DNA of 64,000 bases from positions 7,254,001 through 7,318,000 of the forward strand of contig NC_043020.1 of NCBI RefSeq assembly GCF_006345805.1, read 5' to 3'. Shown one piece after another: positions 1 through 12,647 of this stretch. Position 1 is the first letter of the stretch. Each line of letters begins with the position of its first letter. The notes under the pieces are model-generated. The model made no database searches, was not told the DNA's origin, and saw nothing but the letters and a program-made list of their open reading frames with translations. The position numbers and the translations under genes were made by a program. This stretch comes from Octopus sinensis. Taxonomy: Eukaryota.

Positions 1-570
1 TATATATGATATCAAACATGACAGGAGATCAACCAGCCAACATTTATATCAGCTTTAATAGATAGATCATCATCATCATTGCCATGTAACGTCCGTTTTC
101 CATGCTGGCATGGGTTGAGCAGTTTCACAAGTTGATCAAATTCACTCATAAGGAATCAGTGGGCCTGGAGCTGTCCTAGAAGACACTTGCCCAAGGTTCT
201 GTGCAGTGGGGTTGAGCCTGAAACCATGTGGTTGTGAAGCAAAATTCTCAATCGCACAGCCATGTTTGTGCAGAGGGAGTAAATACTTTGGTAGAAAATT
301 GAACCTAGGCTGCTTGTGTGGTAGGTAGGTGTTTCTACCATTGAACCACTGGTGCTTGATCGAGATACCAACTGAAAAGCTGTCCGGGTTCCATTTCAGT
401 TTTGGCATGGTTTCTATGCCTGGATGCCCTTCCTAATGCCAACCACTTTACAGAGTGTACTGGGTGTTTTTACCAGGGCCGTGGTGTCAGAGTCTGTAAA
501 ACTATACTGACTCCAACTCACAATGTCCTTATTCTTTAATTTCTTTAATATAAACCAGTTATTACATTTA

Positions 571-957
571 GGCGCAGGAGTGGCTGTGTGGTAAGTAGCT
601 TGCTTACCAACCACATGGTTCCAGGTTCAGTCCCACTGCTTGGCATCTTGGGCAAGTGTCTTCTACTATAGCCTCGGGCCGACCAAAGCCTTGTGAGTGG
701 ATTTGGTAGACGGAAACTGAAAGAAGCCCGTCGTATATATGTATATATATATGTGTGTGTGTGTTTGTGTTTGTCCCCCTAGCATTGCTTGACTACCGAT
801 GCTGGTGTGTTTATGTCGCTGTCACTTAGCGGTTCGGCAAAAGAGACCGATAGAATAAGCACTGGGCTTACAAAGAATGTCCTGGGGTCGATTTGCTCGA
901 CTAAAGGCAGTGCTCCAGCATGGCCGCAGTCAAATGACTGAAACAAGTAAAAGAGTA
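571..957 (+). mobile_element. tRNA-derived SINE, family A (full length)
   Basis: Pol III A-box-like TGGCTGTGTGG and B-box-like GGTTCAGTCCC, central (TA)(TG) tract, 3' tail ...gctccagcatggccgcagtcaaatgactgaaacaagtaaaaga. Many near-identical copies in the window. Confidence 0.85.
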
Positions 958-1526
958 AGGCCTACTCAAAGTACAAGCGTATGCATATGCTTTATGAGAT
1001 ATGTAGACCACAGTCAATTACATAAAGAAGAGTCAGAGTCACCAATAGTAGAGGAGTCAAGAGTCACCAATAGTAGAGGAATCGGAGTCAAAGCTTTTTG
1101 TTTCGACTCCACAGTTTTACACAACACCAGCATGGGGATTTTGCATGGCACCGGCAAGATTAGGGACACTCGGCAGGAAAGGGATGCAGGGGACATCCCT
1201 GTATTCAAGGACAACCACACTTAGCTTGACGTCTCTTCAAGAGCACAGCAAGCCACCAGAGGCCTCGGACCCCTGTCATCCCCAACATCTGAAGAGCCAC
1301 TCTCACCGTTTCGTCCTATGTCTTCCTGAGTCTACCCCTTCCACATGTTCGCTAGCGCCACACCAGTCATGTTTCAACTGGTACCTTGATCAGCACAAAC
1401 GTGGCTGTGCGATTAAAAATTTTGCTTCACAACCACGTGGTTTCAGGCTCAATCTCACTGCACGGTACCTCAGGCAAGTGTCTTCTAGTACAGCTCCAGA
1501 CCAATTGATTCCTTATGAGTGAATTT

Positions 1527-1930
1527 GGCAGAAATGTTAGCACGCCGGGCGAAATGCTTTTGCGGTATTTCGTCTGCCGCTACGTTCTGAGTTCAAATTC
1601 CGCCGAGGTCGACTTCGCCTTTCATCCTTTCAGGGTCGATTAAATAAGTACCAGTTACGCACTGGGTTAGATATAATCGGCTTAATCCGTTTGTCTGTCC
1701 TTTTGTGTCCTCTGTGTTTAGCCCCTTGTGGGTAGTAAAGAAATAGGTATTTCGTCTGCCGCTACGTTCTGAGTTCAAATTCCACCGATGTCGACTTTGT
1801 CTTTCAATCTTTCGGGGTCGATTAAATAAGTACCACTTACGCACTGGGGTCGTTATAATCGACTTAATCCGTTTGTGTGTCCTTGTTTGTCCCCTCTGTG
1901 TGTAACCCCTTGTGGGTAGTAAAGAAATAA
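1527..1930 (+). mobile_element. SINE family B, head-to-tail dimer
   Basis: tggcagaaatgttagcacgccgggcg head and B-box-like GAGTTCAAATTCC. A second headless unit starts at about 1748. Confidence 0.8.
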
Positions 1931-2473
1931 GAAACTGTGTGGAAGCCTGTCATATCATCATCATCATCATTTAGCATCCATTTTCCATGCTGGCATGGGT
2001 AAGATGGTTTGACTGGAACTGGGTAGCCGCACCAGGCTCCAGTCTGTTTTCGTTTGGTTTCTACGGCTGGATGCCCTTCCTGGTGCTAACCAAGAGTCTA
2101 CTGGAAGTCTTTCATGTGGCACCATCATGAGAGCCTCACATGTCACCAGCACTGGCTGTGACTGCAATTGTACTTAGCTTGACATGTCGTCCTAAGCACA
2201 GCAAATCTCCTACTGAGACCTTTGACAATTTACTGTCATATATGTGTTTTGTATTAATAGATTCAATAGAATCTAGGCCCATCAACATGTAGGACACCAC
2301 AGATGGCTAGGAACAATAACATAGAGTTCACATTTGCAGTATACCTGTTGAAAATTTAACCTGTGGAGTATATGCTATGATGTAATCTGTGAATACATCA
2401 ATAGATTACTGCCGAAGCAGCTGTCATAAATTTTAAACTTCCTCTGTATTCTTATATATATATATATATATAT

Positions 2474-2755
2474 CACGTGACCGACCAGACCATCAGATGT
2501 TGTTACACATCGCTGGTCACAATGCGTTCGCTTTGTTTTAGCCTTCGAATGACGCCACCCCGCTGGCTAAGCGAGCAGGCCAACAGAAGAAAGAGTGGTG
2601 AAAGAGTACAGCAGGGATCACTACCCCCTGCTGGAGCCTCGTGGAGCTTTTAGGTGTTTCCGCTCAATAAACACACACAACGCCCAGTCTGAGAATCGAA
2701 ATCGCGATCTGCGACCGCGAGTCCGCTGCCCTAACCACTAGGCCATTGCGCCACC
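2474..2755 (-). mobile_element. tRNA-derived SINE, family C (short-tail form)
   Basis: The minus strand reads ggcgcaatggcctagtggttagggcagcggactcgcggtcg...gatttcgattctc (A/B boxes). Inserted in (TA)n. Confidence 0.8.
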
Positions 2756-4122
2756 ATATATATATATATACATACACACATACACACACATATATATCTG
2801 TGTGTTTGTGCATGTGTTTGTCTCCACATTACTTGACAACTAATGTTGGTTTATTTACATCCCCATGAGCTAAGTTCAGCAAAAGAGACTTATAGAATAA
2901 TTAACCAACTTAAAGATTAAGTACTGGGGTCAATTTGTTCCACTAACCCCCAGAAGGTGGAAGTGTGTGGTTCAGTGGTTAGGGTGTAGGACTCCTGATC
3001 GTAAGATTGTGGTTTCGATTCCTGGACTGGGCAACGCATTGTGTTCTTGAGCAAAACACTTCATTTCATGTTTCTCCAGTCCACTCACCTGACAAAAATG
3101 AGTAACCCTGCGATGGACTAGTGTCCCATCCAGGTGGGGAATACAGTCGCCATGGAAACCAGGAAAACTGGCCCTTATGAGTCAGTGTGGTTCAAAAAGG
3201 AAACTTTACCTTTTTTCTTTTTTTTTTTTTTTTTTTTTTACTAACCCCAAAAGCAGTGCTCCAGCATGGCTGCAATCCAATAACTGCAACAAGTAAAAAG
3301 AAAATTTAGTTTTTCTTACTCATAATCATCGCTTTTTAAAAATGTTTTTATTTATATATTTATTTTTTCAGGTATAGCTTATCCAGGTGTACACTCTCTA
3401 TCCTGTCCTTCCTTTTTTAACACAGTGGAGTATGATTTGCAGGAGATTTCACTACTGTTTCTAACTGATTCAAAACATGTTCCAGCCTTCTTAGGCCTCC
3501 TCAGCGAAACATAGACGCATGCAAATTGTCTTTTGTTCATTACATAATTATTTCTAATTAGAATACAAGCCTCCTGATCCTTTAATTAAGTTAGCTAAAC
3601 TCAAAATTAATTACAAGATTAGTCGTTTGTATTCTGTCATTGGAACTGTTTTCTGTGTTTGCTCCAAAGACACTACACTATAAATGGCTGGGTTCACCTA
3701 AGTCTGAGTTATTACTAGACAGACCTAAGCGCTGCAAGTAGTGGGAACACTGTCACATTCACCAGTGTTTTGATGACTTGCAATCCCAGTGTCCTATTGT
3801 GGAAGGGAGAAAGTGAATTTAAGAATTAGCTCTGTGGGTCAGTAGGGTTCGGAAACTGAAATGTCACCCACTTATTTTATGAGAAAGTACTGATATAGTC
3901 ATTTAACTTGCTAGAAATAGCTGTTAAATGTTCCTCATTTTCAAAAGAAGGGAACACATTGCACAATGGGGACCAAGATTTTTTGTTTGTTATTTTTCAT
4001 ACCCTAGAGCTTTGTCACTCTGAAGGATGTACTCCTATCTAGATTCTTTCCACCGCTGTCTGTCTCTGGGCAGTCATGACGTTGGATTTTATCTGCTCCA
4101 TCGCTAATTTTGGATATACATA

Positions 4123-4338
4123 TGAGGGTGCGCTGAAAAGTTCCTGGTTTGGGGTAAAATAAAAGCCAGGAGAATCAGTTAATTATGATTTTATTCAACA
4201 TATTCCTTCTCAGATTCACTCACTTATTGCAGCGGTCCTTCAGTTTTTCTACTCCCTGTAAAAGAACTCATAAAGTTGGGCCTCCAACCAGGTCTTTCGC
4301 AATAACCTTAAAGCTAAGAACTTTTTGGTGCCCCCTCG
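4123..4338. mobile_element. Tc1/mariner-like MITE; further degenerate copies at about 4750-5090
   Basis: Imperfect TIRs (TA)tgagggtgcgctgaaaagttcctgg / agaactttttggtgccccctcg. Same family as the element at 30.9-31.5 kb. Confidence 0.65.
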
Positions 4339-6820
4339 TGTGTATATACATATATATATATAAAAATACAAACTGGGACAAGACGATACAAAAACACGGA
4401 CAGGACATTCGAAGCCGTCAATCTTCAGTCAAGAACCGGATCATCCTTGCAATTTCGGCTGATTAATCTTGAGATTGCTCCAGTCTGGCCAGCTCCAAGG
4501 AAAATCTAAGCTAAGAGCATTAGATTCCTTGGAAGAAAGCCTCGGATGTATACAAAACAAGGACGTAAAAACGATGTTACACGAATATGAATACAAAAAT
4601 AATATGTAAAAACAATAATAATAACAATAACAGGACATCACAACAGGTGTCTTTCGACTTAGACGAATTGAACTCAGCTGGCGTGTCAGGAATGTGCCTT
4701 GGGGCAGAGAAAAAAATGTTGATGTTACCACGACCACTGCCAGACTCAGGAATGCTGAAAACTTCTTGGCTTTGGGTAACGAAAATATAGGAGCATCAGT
4801 TACTTATTGCAGCAGTCGTTCAGGCCTTTTGCAATACCCTTAAAACCAGGAACTTTTTGGCACCCCAACAAAGGAATGTTGGGAAGTTCCTGGCATTGGG
4901 TAAAAGAAAATATAGGAAGGGGTCAGTTAATTCTGATTTTATTGAACATATTCTCCTCTCAGGTTCACTCACTCATTACAGTGGTTCTTCGGCTTTTCTA
5001 AGCCTGTAAAAGAACTCAGATGGTTGGGCTGCTAATCAGACCTTTCGCGATACCCTTAAAACCAAGAATTTTTCAGCACCCATTCCTATATTTGTTCTCT
5101 TTGATGGTTCTTATGACATCATTGACTTTCATGATGATTTACAGCTGTGAAACGTAGGCTCTCATCACTACCATCATGACTTAGATATAAAAAATTGGTG
5201 GGTAGGGGTAGAATTCCTTACATCATGGCTCTCTCCAATCAGAACTGACCTAGGGTTAAATAACTGCATTCTGAATTCTACATTATCTGCTCTAACCATC
5301 TTGTCTTTAGGAATCAAGACATTTTAGCTCTTCCACTCTAGGATTCTGGAATGTGAGATCAGACTGTTTGGTCGTGTTTGATGTCTAATAAATCAATATT
5401 GGATCAGTGGTGCCAAATTGGTGGAACCAAAATGGCCCTGCCAGAACGTTTCAGACCTAGTACCTGTAAATCCTTCTTCAATCACCTGCATACCAAAAGG
5501 GAAAATAAAGAAAACAAGCATTCTTTGTAACTATGAAAAATAATTTTGGATTTTATTGCTTTTTTCTAAATTTATTTATTATCCAGTGTAAATGGACCAA
5601 TTCTCAGGTTTCGCCTGTGATTGAAAAAGGTTTTATAAAAGGAGAAAGGGGCTCTCTACCCCCCTTTTGACCAGGCTCCCATTGGCTTTTATGGGTTTTT
5701 CCACCAGGAACCTTTCGTAACGCCTCCCCCTATTGGGAGTTTTTCGTTGTTATATTATTTCATTGTTACACTGTTTTTACACGATATTTTTCACAAACGG
5801 ACAAAACCCTTTGTAACCTTTTGTCCCTTTATGTTTTCTAATCATGTGTGTCAGCCCTTGTGGCCAATAAAATGAATTAATTATTATTATTATTATCCTC
5901 TTCTTTCAATTTTATTTCCATTTCTTGCTGAGTGTCTTCCCGACACCTAGGGCAAAGAAACTCACTGTATACAATAGTAGGTCATTAAAATAAACACACC
6001 AGATTCTTCATTTACAAAGTCATGGGATAGAAAAAAATGGAGGAAGAAAGACAGAGAGGAAAAGGATTATTATTATTATTATTAAATGCAGCAAGCTGGC
6101 AGAATCGTTAGCATACCAGGTAAAATGCTTAGTGGCATTTCGACTTTTTCACATTCTGAGTTCAAATTCCACCGAGGTCAACTTAGCCTTTCATTCTTCC
6201 GGGGTCGATAAAATAGGTACCAGTTGAATATTGGGGTCAGTGTAATCAACTCATCCCCTCCCCAAAATTGTTACCCTTGTGGCAAAATTTGAAACCATTG
6301 TTTTCTTTTTGTATTGTTGTTGTTGTTATTATTATTGTTATTATTATTATTAAGGCAGCGAGCTGGCAGAATCGTTAGCATGGCAGGCAAAATGCTTAGC
6401 AGTATTTCACCTGTCACTACATGCTGAGTTCAAATTCCGCCGAGGTCAACTTTGCCTTTCATCCTTTTGGGGTTTGATAAATTAAATACCAGTTAAATAC
6501 TGGGGTTGATGTGATCAACCTTCCCCCTCCCCACAAAATTCAGGCCAAGTGCCTATAGTAGAAAAGGTTGTTATTTATTATTCGTCATCATCGTTTAGCT
6601 TCCGCTTTCCATGCTGGCATGGGTTGGACGGTTCAACTGGGGTCTGGGAAGCCAGAAGGCTGGACCAGGCCCAGTCTGATCTGGCAATGTTTCTACGGCT
6701 GGATGCCCTTCCTAACGCCAACCACTCCATGCGTGTAGTGGGTGCTTTTTACGTGCCAGGCGAGGCTGGCAAACGGCCAGGATCGGATGGTGCTTTTTAC
6801 GTGCCACCGTATTATTATTA

Positions 6821-6852
<32 letters not shown>

Positions 6853-6870
6853 TTCTTCTTCTTCTTTCAG

Positions 6871-6935
6871 TGATGGAAGGTGTCTTTCTCACAAGAGAAA
6901 ATGTCTCTCCTTATTCTGGGGATCTTTTTCATGAG
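6871..6935 (+). CDS. PIGU: PIG-U coding exon (first visible; probably exon 2), (V)MEGVFLTRENVSPYSGDLFHE
   Basis: Acceptor ttctttcag| and donor |gtaaat. The peptide matches the conserved PIG-U N-terminal EG..L...VSPYSG.FHE motif. The upstream exon was not found in the window. Confidence 0.9.
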
Positions 6936-7646
6936 GTAAATTTCTAAAGTCTTCCTTTTTGATTCCTGCTTTATTTATTGTCGGTTGGAAGCGATCAACA
7001 GAAAGTAACAAGTAATACCTAAAAAAAAAGGTGGGGTGGGAATGGGCTTGTCGGTCTGCCCCATGGTTCTCCCAGAGGACAAAATGGAAAAAGCATTGCC
7101 TCAGATGATTGCAAGGGCGATGTGCTGGATAGGATAGCCATCACTGCCCCAAACAGCAGAGAGCAGGGATATATCAGTGAATATATCAGGGCATCAACTC
7201 TTGTTAGATTCATTGATCCAGGGAAGTGAGAGGTTGCAGGAGGCTTCTTACTGATGAGACACAGCAACTGTCCCAGAAACGCTTGTACTGAAGAATCAAG
7301 GTGTGTTATGAATACATATTTGTCATAAAGATGATGTTTTCCCCGCAACAAAAAGCACAAAAGCGATTAGCATATTCAGGTGTGAATCTGTCGGAACGTA
7401 TCAAAAATAAATATGAATGGCAGTGCTCCAGCATGGCCACAGCTCGTGAGCTGAAACTAGATAAAATAAAATAAAAATAAATATGCAGGTCATCCTTTTG
7501 ATTCTTGCTGTTTGCCATGCTTATGACAATTTACCATTTTCTATAAGCCGGTTTCTTTCTTATTTGCTTCTGCTACCCCCTCCCCCCAAAATATCAAGCC
7601 CTTTGCCTGTGGTAGAAAGGGTTTCATCATCAACATCATTATTTAA

Positions 7647-7867
7647 CCCTTTCGTTACCAACCCGGCTGAAACCACCTTTGGCTCTGTAGTACAAATGTC
7701 TTGTTTCCATAAGTTCTGAATTAAAATCTTCCACCAAACCTTAGTCATAATTTATGTTCCTAACACTAGCTGAATGATAATGAAGTTATTTTACTAAATT
7801 CTTTGTTATATTTAAAGTAATTGAAAGAAACACAGAACATCTCAACAGAAATATGGTAAGAAAAGGG
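7647..7867. mobile_element. piggyBac-like MITE; a truncated second copy follows at about 7899-8115
   Basis: TTAA|ccctttcgttacca ... tggtaagaaaaggg|TTAA: TIRs starting with CCC and TTAA target sites. Confidence 0.75.
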
Positions 7868-8548
7868 TTAAAATATATAATAGAGAAACAATTCTTAACC
7901 CTTTCGTTACCATCCTGGCTGCAACCACCTTTGGCTCTGTAGTACAAATGTCTTGTTTTCCTAAGTTTTGAACTAAAATCTTCCACTAAACCTTAGTCAC
8001 AATTTATGTTCCTGACAATGGCTGAATGGTAACTAAGTTATTTTACTAAATTCTTTGTTATATTTAAAATTAATTGAAAGAAACACAGAGCATCTCAAAA
8101 TAAATACAGTAAAGAAAGTCTGCTTTCCATGTTGACATGGGTTGGACAGGTTGACAGGTGCTGGCCAGGCAGGAGCCTGCACCAGACATCTGTGTCTCTG
8201 TTTCGGCATGGTTTTTTTACAGCTGAATGCCCTTCCTAACATGAACCACCCAGTAGAATGGTCTGTTGTTATTATTGGTGGCAAGTTAGCAGAATCATTA
8301 GTACACCAGACAAAATACTTAGCAGCCTGTTGTCTGTCTTTACATTCTGAGTTCAAATTCCACTGAGGTTGACTTTGCTTTCATCCTTTTGGGGGTCAAT
8401 AAATTAAGTACCAGTTATGCACTGGGGTGATGTAATTGACTCATCTCTTCCCTCAAAATTTCAGGCCTTGTGCCTATAGTAGAAAGGATTCTTCTTCTTC
8501 AATTCTTTTTCTTCTTCCTCTTCTTTTTCTTCTTATTCCTCTTCTTTT

Positions 8549-8583
<35 letters not shown>

Positions 8584-8739
8584 TTCAATTCTTTTTCTTC
8601 TTCCTCTTTTTCTTCTTCTTCTTCCTCTCTTCTTCTTCAATTCTTTTTCTTCTTCCTCTTTTTCTTCTTCTCTTCCCTCTCTTCTACTTCTTCAATCCTT
8701 CTTCTTCTTCTTCTTCTTCTTCCAATTCTTCTTCTTCTT

Positions 8740-8770
<31 letters not shown>

Positions 8771-8780
8771 CCTCTTTCAG

Positions 8781-8852
8781 ACACCTCTTATGTTGAAATT
8801 CTCAAATGTTATGCTGGAAATATTTGGACAGAGCGACTATCTTGTGTTCCTG
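8781..8852 (+). CDS. PIGU: PIG-U exon, TPLMLKFSNVMLEIFGQSDYLVFL
   Basis: ctctttcag| ... |gtaagt, 72 nt, phase 0/0. Continues the FHE-TPL motif of PIG-U. Confidence 0.88.
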
Positions 8853-9363
8853 GTAAGTTTTTTCTGAAACTAATCTTATTGATGTTGTTGACGTGATAGT
8901 CTTCAGAAAGAGACAGACAGACAGAGAGAAAATGGGTTACATCAGGAACATATTTATGCTAGCATGGCTCTGTTGTGGTTAGAAGTTTGCTTCTTAACCA
9001 CATGGTTCTCGGTTCAGTCCCACAGTTCAGGCAAATGTTTTCTACTATAGCAGCCTCAGGCTGGCCAGAGCCTTGTGAGTGGATTTGGTAGACGGAAACT
9101 GAAAGAAGCTCATTGTGCATGTGTGTATAAAGTAACAAACTGAGGAAAAGAGTTCCTTCAAAGGGTTGTATTATATATATAAGGGAATTGTTATTGTGTA
9201 TATATATCAGAAAATGTATAAAGTCGAAACAATTTGTTGGCCTTTTTTGGTTGTTTTGATAATTGTTTGTTATATAATATTCCTAGTATATTGTGTAATA
9301 TTGTAATTTTATAATAATAAATAAATTATTGGACTGCCAATAGTATCTCTCTATTTAATTTAT

Positions 9364-9408
<45 letters not shown>

Positions 9409-9614
9409 TATATATATATACATATATATAAAAATTACTTGGAAAAGGATGCGTGGTGTTAGATCATATAATAATATAAATAATATATAAATATATGCAT
9501 ATATACATACATATATGTACATACCTACATATATATGTATATATACATGCATATATGTACATACTTACATATATATGTATATATGCATGCATATATGGGT
9601 ACAGGACATCATGC

Positions 9615-9951
9615 TGAGACCCCTTTCAGTCATGAATGACCCTGGGATTGCACCTACAAAGTTAACCTCCCAGGCACAAGTCCGGGCAAGGTTGTTTATG
9701 GAAGACCAGCAGTCGCCCATGCATACCGGCCTCCCATCTTCACGCCAACAGTGTTATCCAAGGGAAAGGCAAAGGCCGATATAGCTTGGCACCAGTGATG
9801 TCGCAATTCATTTCTACAGCTGAGTGAATTGGAGCAACGTGAAATAAAGTGTCTTGCTCAAGAACACAATACCCAGCCTGGTCCGGGATTCGAACTCACA
9901 ACCTCACGATAGTAAGCTTGACACTCTAACCACTGAGCCATGCACCTTCAC
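9615..9951 (-). mobile_element. tRNA-derived SINE (CORE-like central region)
   Basis: Minus strand: tggctcagtggttagagtg...gagttcgaatccc (A/B boxes), then ttgagcaagacactttatttcacgttgctcc. Related + strand copy at about 2960-3210. Confidence 0.75.
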
Positions 9952-10329
9952 TATATATATATAATAATAATATAAATAATATATATGTATGCATATATAC
10001 ACGTATATGCATATTTGGGCACAGGACATCACAGAACTTAAACAACAAAAAATACAAAGTACAAGGACATGGAATAAGGGCTTTTTGTGCTAGCAACAAA
10101 AGAAACAAATGGAAAACAAGACATGCAACACAAGGCACGACCCTTCATCAGTTGTCGGCTGTTTTTCTAATCCGTATTTCGAGCATGTCACGACAAGATA
10201 CGCTTTCAATAGAACAGTTGGTCCTGCAAAGCAAATTAAATAAAATTTGCGATCTTTTGGAGGGTCGAGATGGGTGACAAAAACAGGACAGTGAAAACAA
10301 ACAAGAAGGGCTGCTGAGCCTAACCTCGG

Positions 10330-11087
10330 TTGTGTGTGTGTTTGTGTCTATTCTCCCACCACCTCTTGTCAACCAGTGTTGGTGTGTTTATGTCCCTGTA
10401 ACATAGCCGTTCGGCAAAAGCGACTGGGGTTGATTTCATTCAACACATCCGCTTAGAATACATAGATGTACATAGGTATGTATATGTGTGTGTGTTTGTT
10501 TGTTTTTCCATCACCACACACTTGTCAACCAGTGTTGGTGTGTTTATGTCCCTGTAACATAGCCGTTCGGCAAAAGCGACTGAGGTTGATTTCATTCAAC
10601 ACATTCCGCTTAGAATACATAGATGTAAACAGGTATGTATATGTGTGTGTGTTTGTTTGTTCTTCCACCACCACTTGTCAACCAGTGTTGGTGTGTTTAT
10701 GTCCCTCTAACATAGCCGTTCGGCAAAAGCGACTGAGGTTGATTTCATTCAACACATCCGCTTAGATACATAGATGTACAGGTATGTATATGTGTGTGTG
10801 TTTGTTTTTCCACCACCACTTGTCAACCAGTGTTGGTGTGTTTATGTCCCTGTAACATAGCCGTTCGGCAAAAGCGACTGAGGTTGATTTCATTCAACAC
10901 ATCCGCTTAGAATACATAGATGTACACAGGTATGTATATGTGTGTGTGTTTGTTTGTTCTTCCACACCCACTTGTCAACCAGTGTTGGTTGTGTTTATGT
11001 CCCTGTAACATAGCCGTTCGGCAAAAAAAGGACTGAGGTTGATTTCATTCAACACATCCGCTTAGAATACATAGATGTACATAGGTA

Positions 11088-11118
<31 letters not shown>

Positions 11119-11556
11119 TTGTTTGTTCTCCCACCACTACTTGTCAACCAGTGTTGGTGTGTTTATGTCCCTGTAACATAGCCGTTGCCGGCAAAGCGAC
11201 TGAGGTTGATTTCATTAACACATCCGCTTAGAATACATAGATGTACACAGGTATGTATATGTGTGTGTGTTGTTTGTTCTTCCACCACCACTTGTCAACC
11301 AGTGTTGGTGTGTTTATGTCCCTCTAACATAGCCGTTCGGCAAAAGCGACTGAGGTTGATTTCATTCAACACATCCGCTTAGAATACATAGATGTACACA
11401 GGTATGTATATGTGTGTGTGTTTGTTTGTTCTTCCACCACCACTTGTCAACCAGTGTTGGTGTGTTTATGTCCCTGTAACATAGCCGTTCGGCAAAAGCG
11501 ACTGAGGTTGATTTCATTCAACACATCCGCTTAGAATACATAGATGTACATAGGTA

Positions 11557-11587
<31 letters not shown>

Positions 11588-12277
11588 TTGTTTGTTCTCC
11601 CACCACTACTTGTCAACCAGTGTTGGTGTGTTTATGTCCCTGTAACATAGCCGTTTGGCAAAAGCGACTGAGGTTGATTTCATTCAACACATCCGCTTAG
11701 AATACATAGATGTTACATAGGTATGTATATGTGTGGGGTGTTGTGTGTGTTGTTTGTTTGTTCTCAAACCACTACTTGTCAACCAGTGTTGGTGTGTTTA
11801 TGTCCCTGTTAACATAGCCGTTTGGCAAAAGCGACTGAGGTTGATTTCATTCAACACATCCGCTTAGAATACATAGATGTACATAGGTATGTATATGTGT
11901 GTGTGTGTGTGTTTGTTTGTTCTCCCACCACTACTTGTCAACCAGTGTTGGTGTGTTTATGTCCCTCTAACATAGCCGTTCGGCAAAAGCGACTGAGGTT
12001 GATTTCATTCAACACATCCGCTTAGAATACATAGATGTACATAGGTATGTATATGTGTGTGTGTGTTTGTTTGTTCTCCCACCACCACTTGTCAACCAGT
12101 GTTGGTGTGTTTATGTCCCTGTAACATAGCCGTTCGGCAAAAGCGACTGGGGTTGATTTCATTCAACACATCCGCTTAGAATACATAGATGTACATAGGT
12201 ATGTATATATGTGTGTGTGTGTGTTTGTTTGTTCTCCCACCACCACTTGTCAACCAGTGTTGGTGTGTTTATGTCCA
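10330..12277 (+). repeat. Intronic tandem array, unit about 145-170 bp, about 12.5 copies
   Basis: ttgtcaaccagtgttggtgtg occurs 13 times at regular spacing. Length varies in an internal (TG)n. Part of the unit derives from the SINE A body. Confidence 0.95.
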
Positions 12278-12377
12278 CTACTTGTATGTATCTATGTGTG
12301 TGTGTGTGTATAACATTGCCAATCATTTAAATGCATCTGTTGTCTCTTCTCATTTTGTTTTTTTCTTTTTCCTTCAG

Positions 12378-12440
12378 GCCATTGATGCTCTCACAGGAGT
12401 TCTCCTTATGAAAATAGCTAAGCTTTTTGCCCGATACCTG
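12378..12440 (+). CDS. PIGU: PIG-U exon, AIDALTGVLLMKIAKLFARYL
   Basis: ttccttcag| ... |gtgagt, 63 nt, in frame. DALT motif of a PIG-U transmembrane segment. Confidence 0.88.
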
Positions 12441-12647
12441 GTGAGTGATTGTCCTGTCCTCATGTTTTTCTGTTGCTTAATTAATGGCCTGTTATTAATT
12501 CTAAACCTGTCAGAAGTGTTGTCTTAGATTTACTGCATGTCACTTCGAATGTGATTGATTGGTTCATGCCAACACCTGTTCCTTTGCCAGCATGGAAGAC
12601 AAACATTAAACAACGACGATGATGATGAAGATATTGATGGCTAAGAA

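Noticed and set aside
571-650. tRNA genes at SINE heads (also 36744, 9880 and others)
   Set aside because: A/B boxes are present, but there is no complete cloverleaf and they always continue into SINE bodies.
3362-3420. ttttttcag|gtatag as a possible PIGU upstream exon
   Set aside because: No frame encodes the expected PIG-U N-terminus (ERVE..P..SW.R), and there is no suitable donor.
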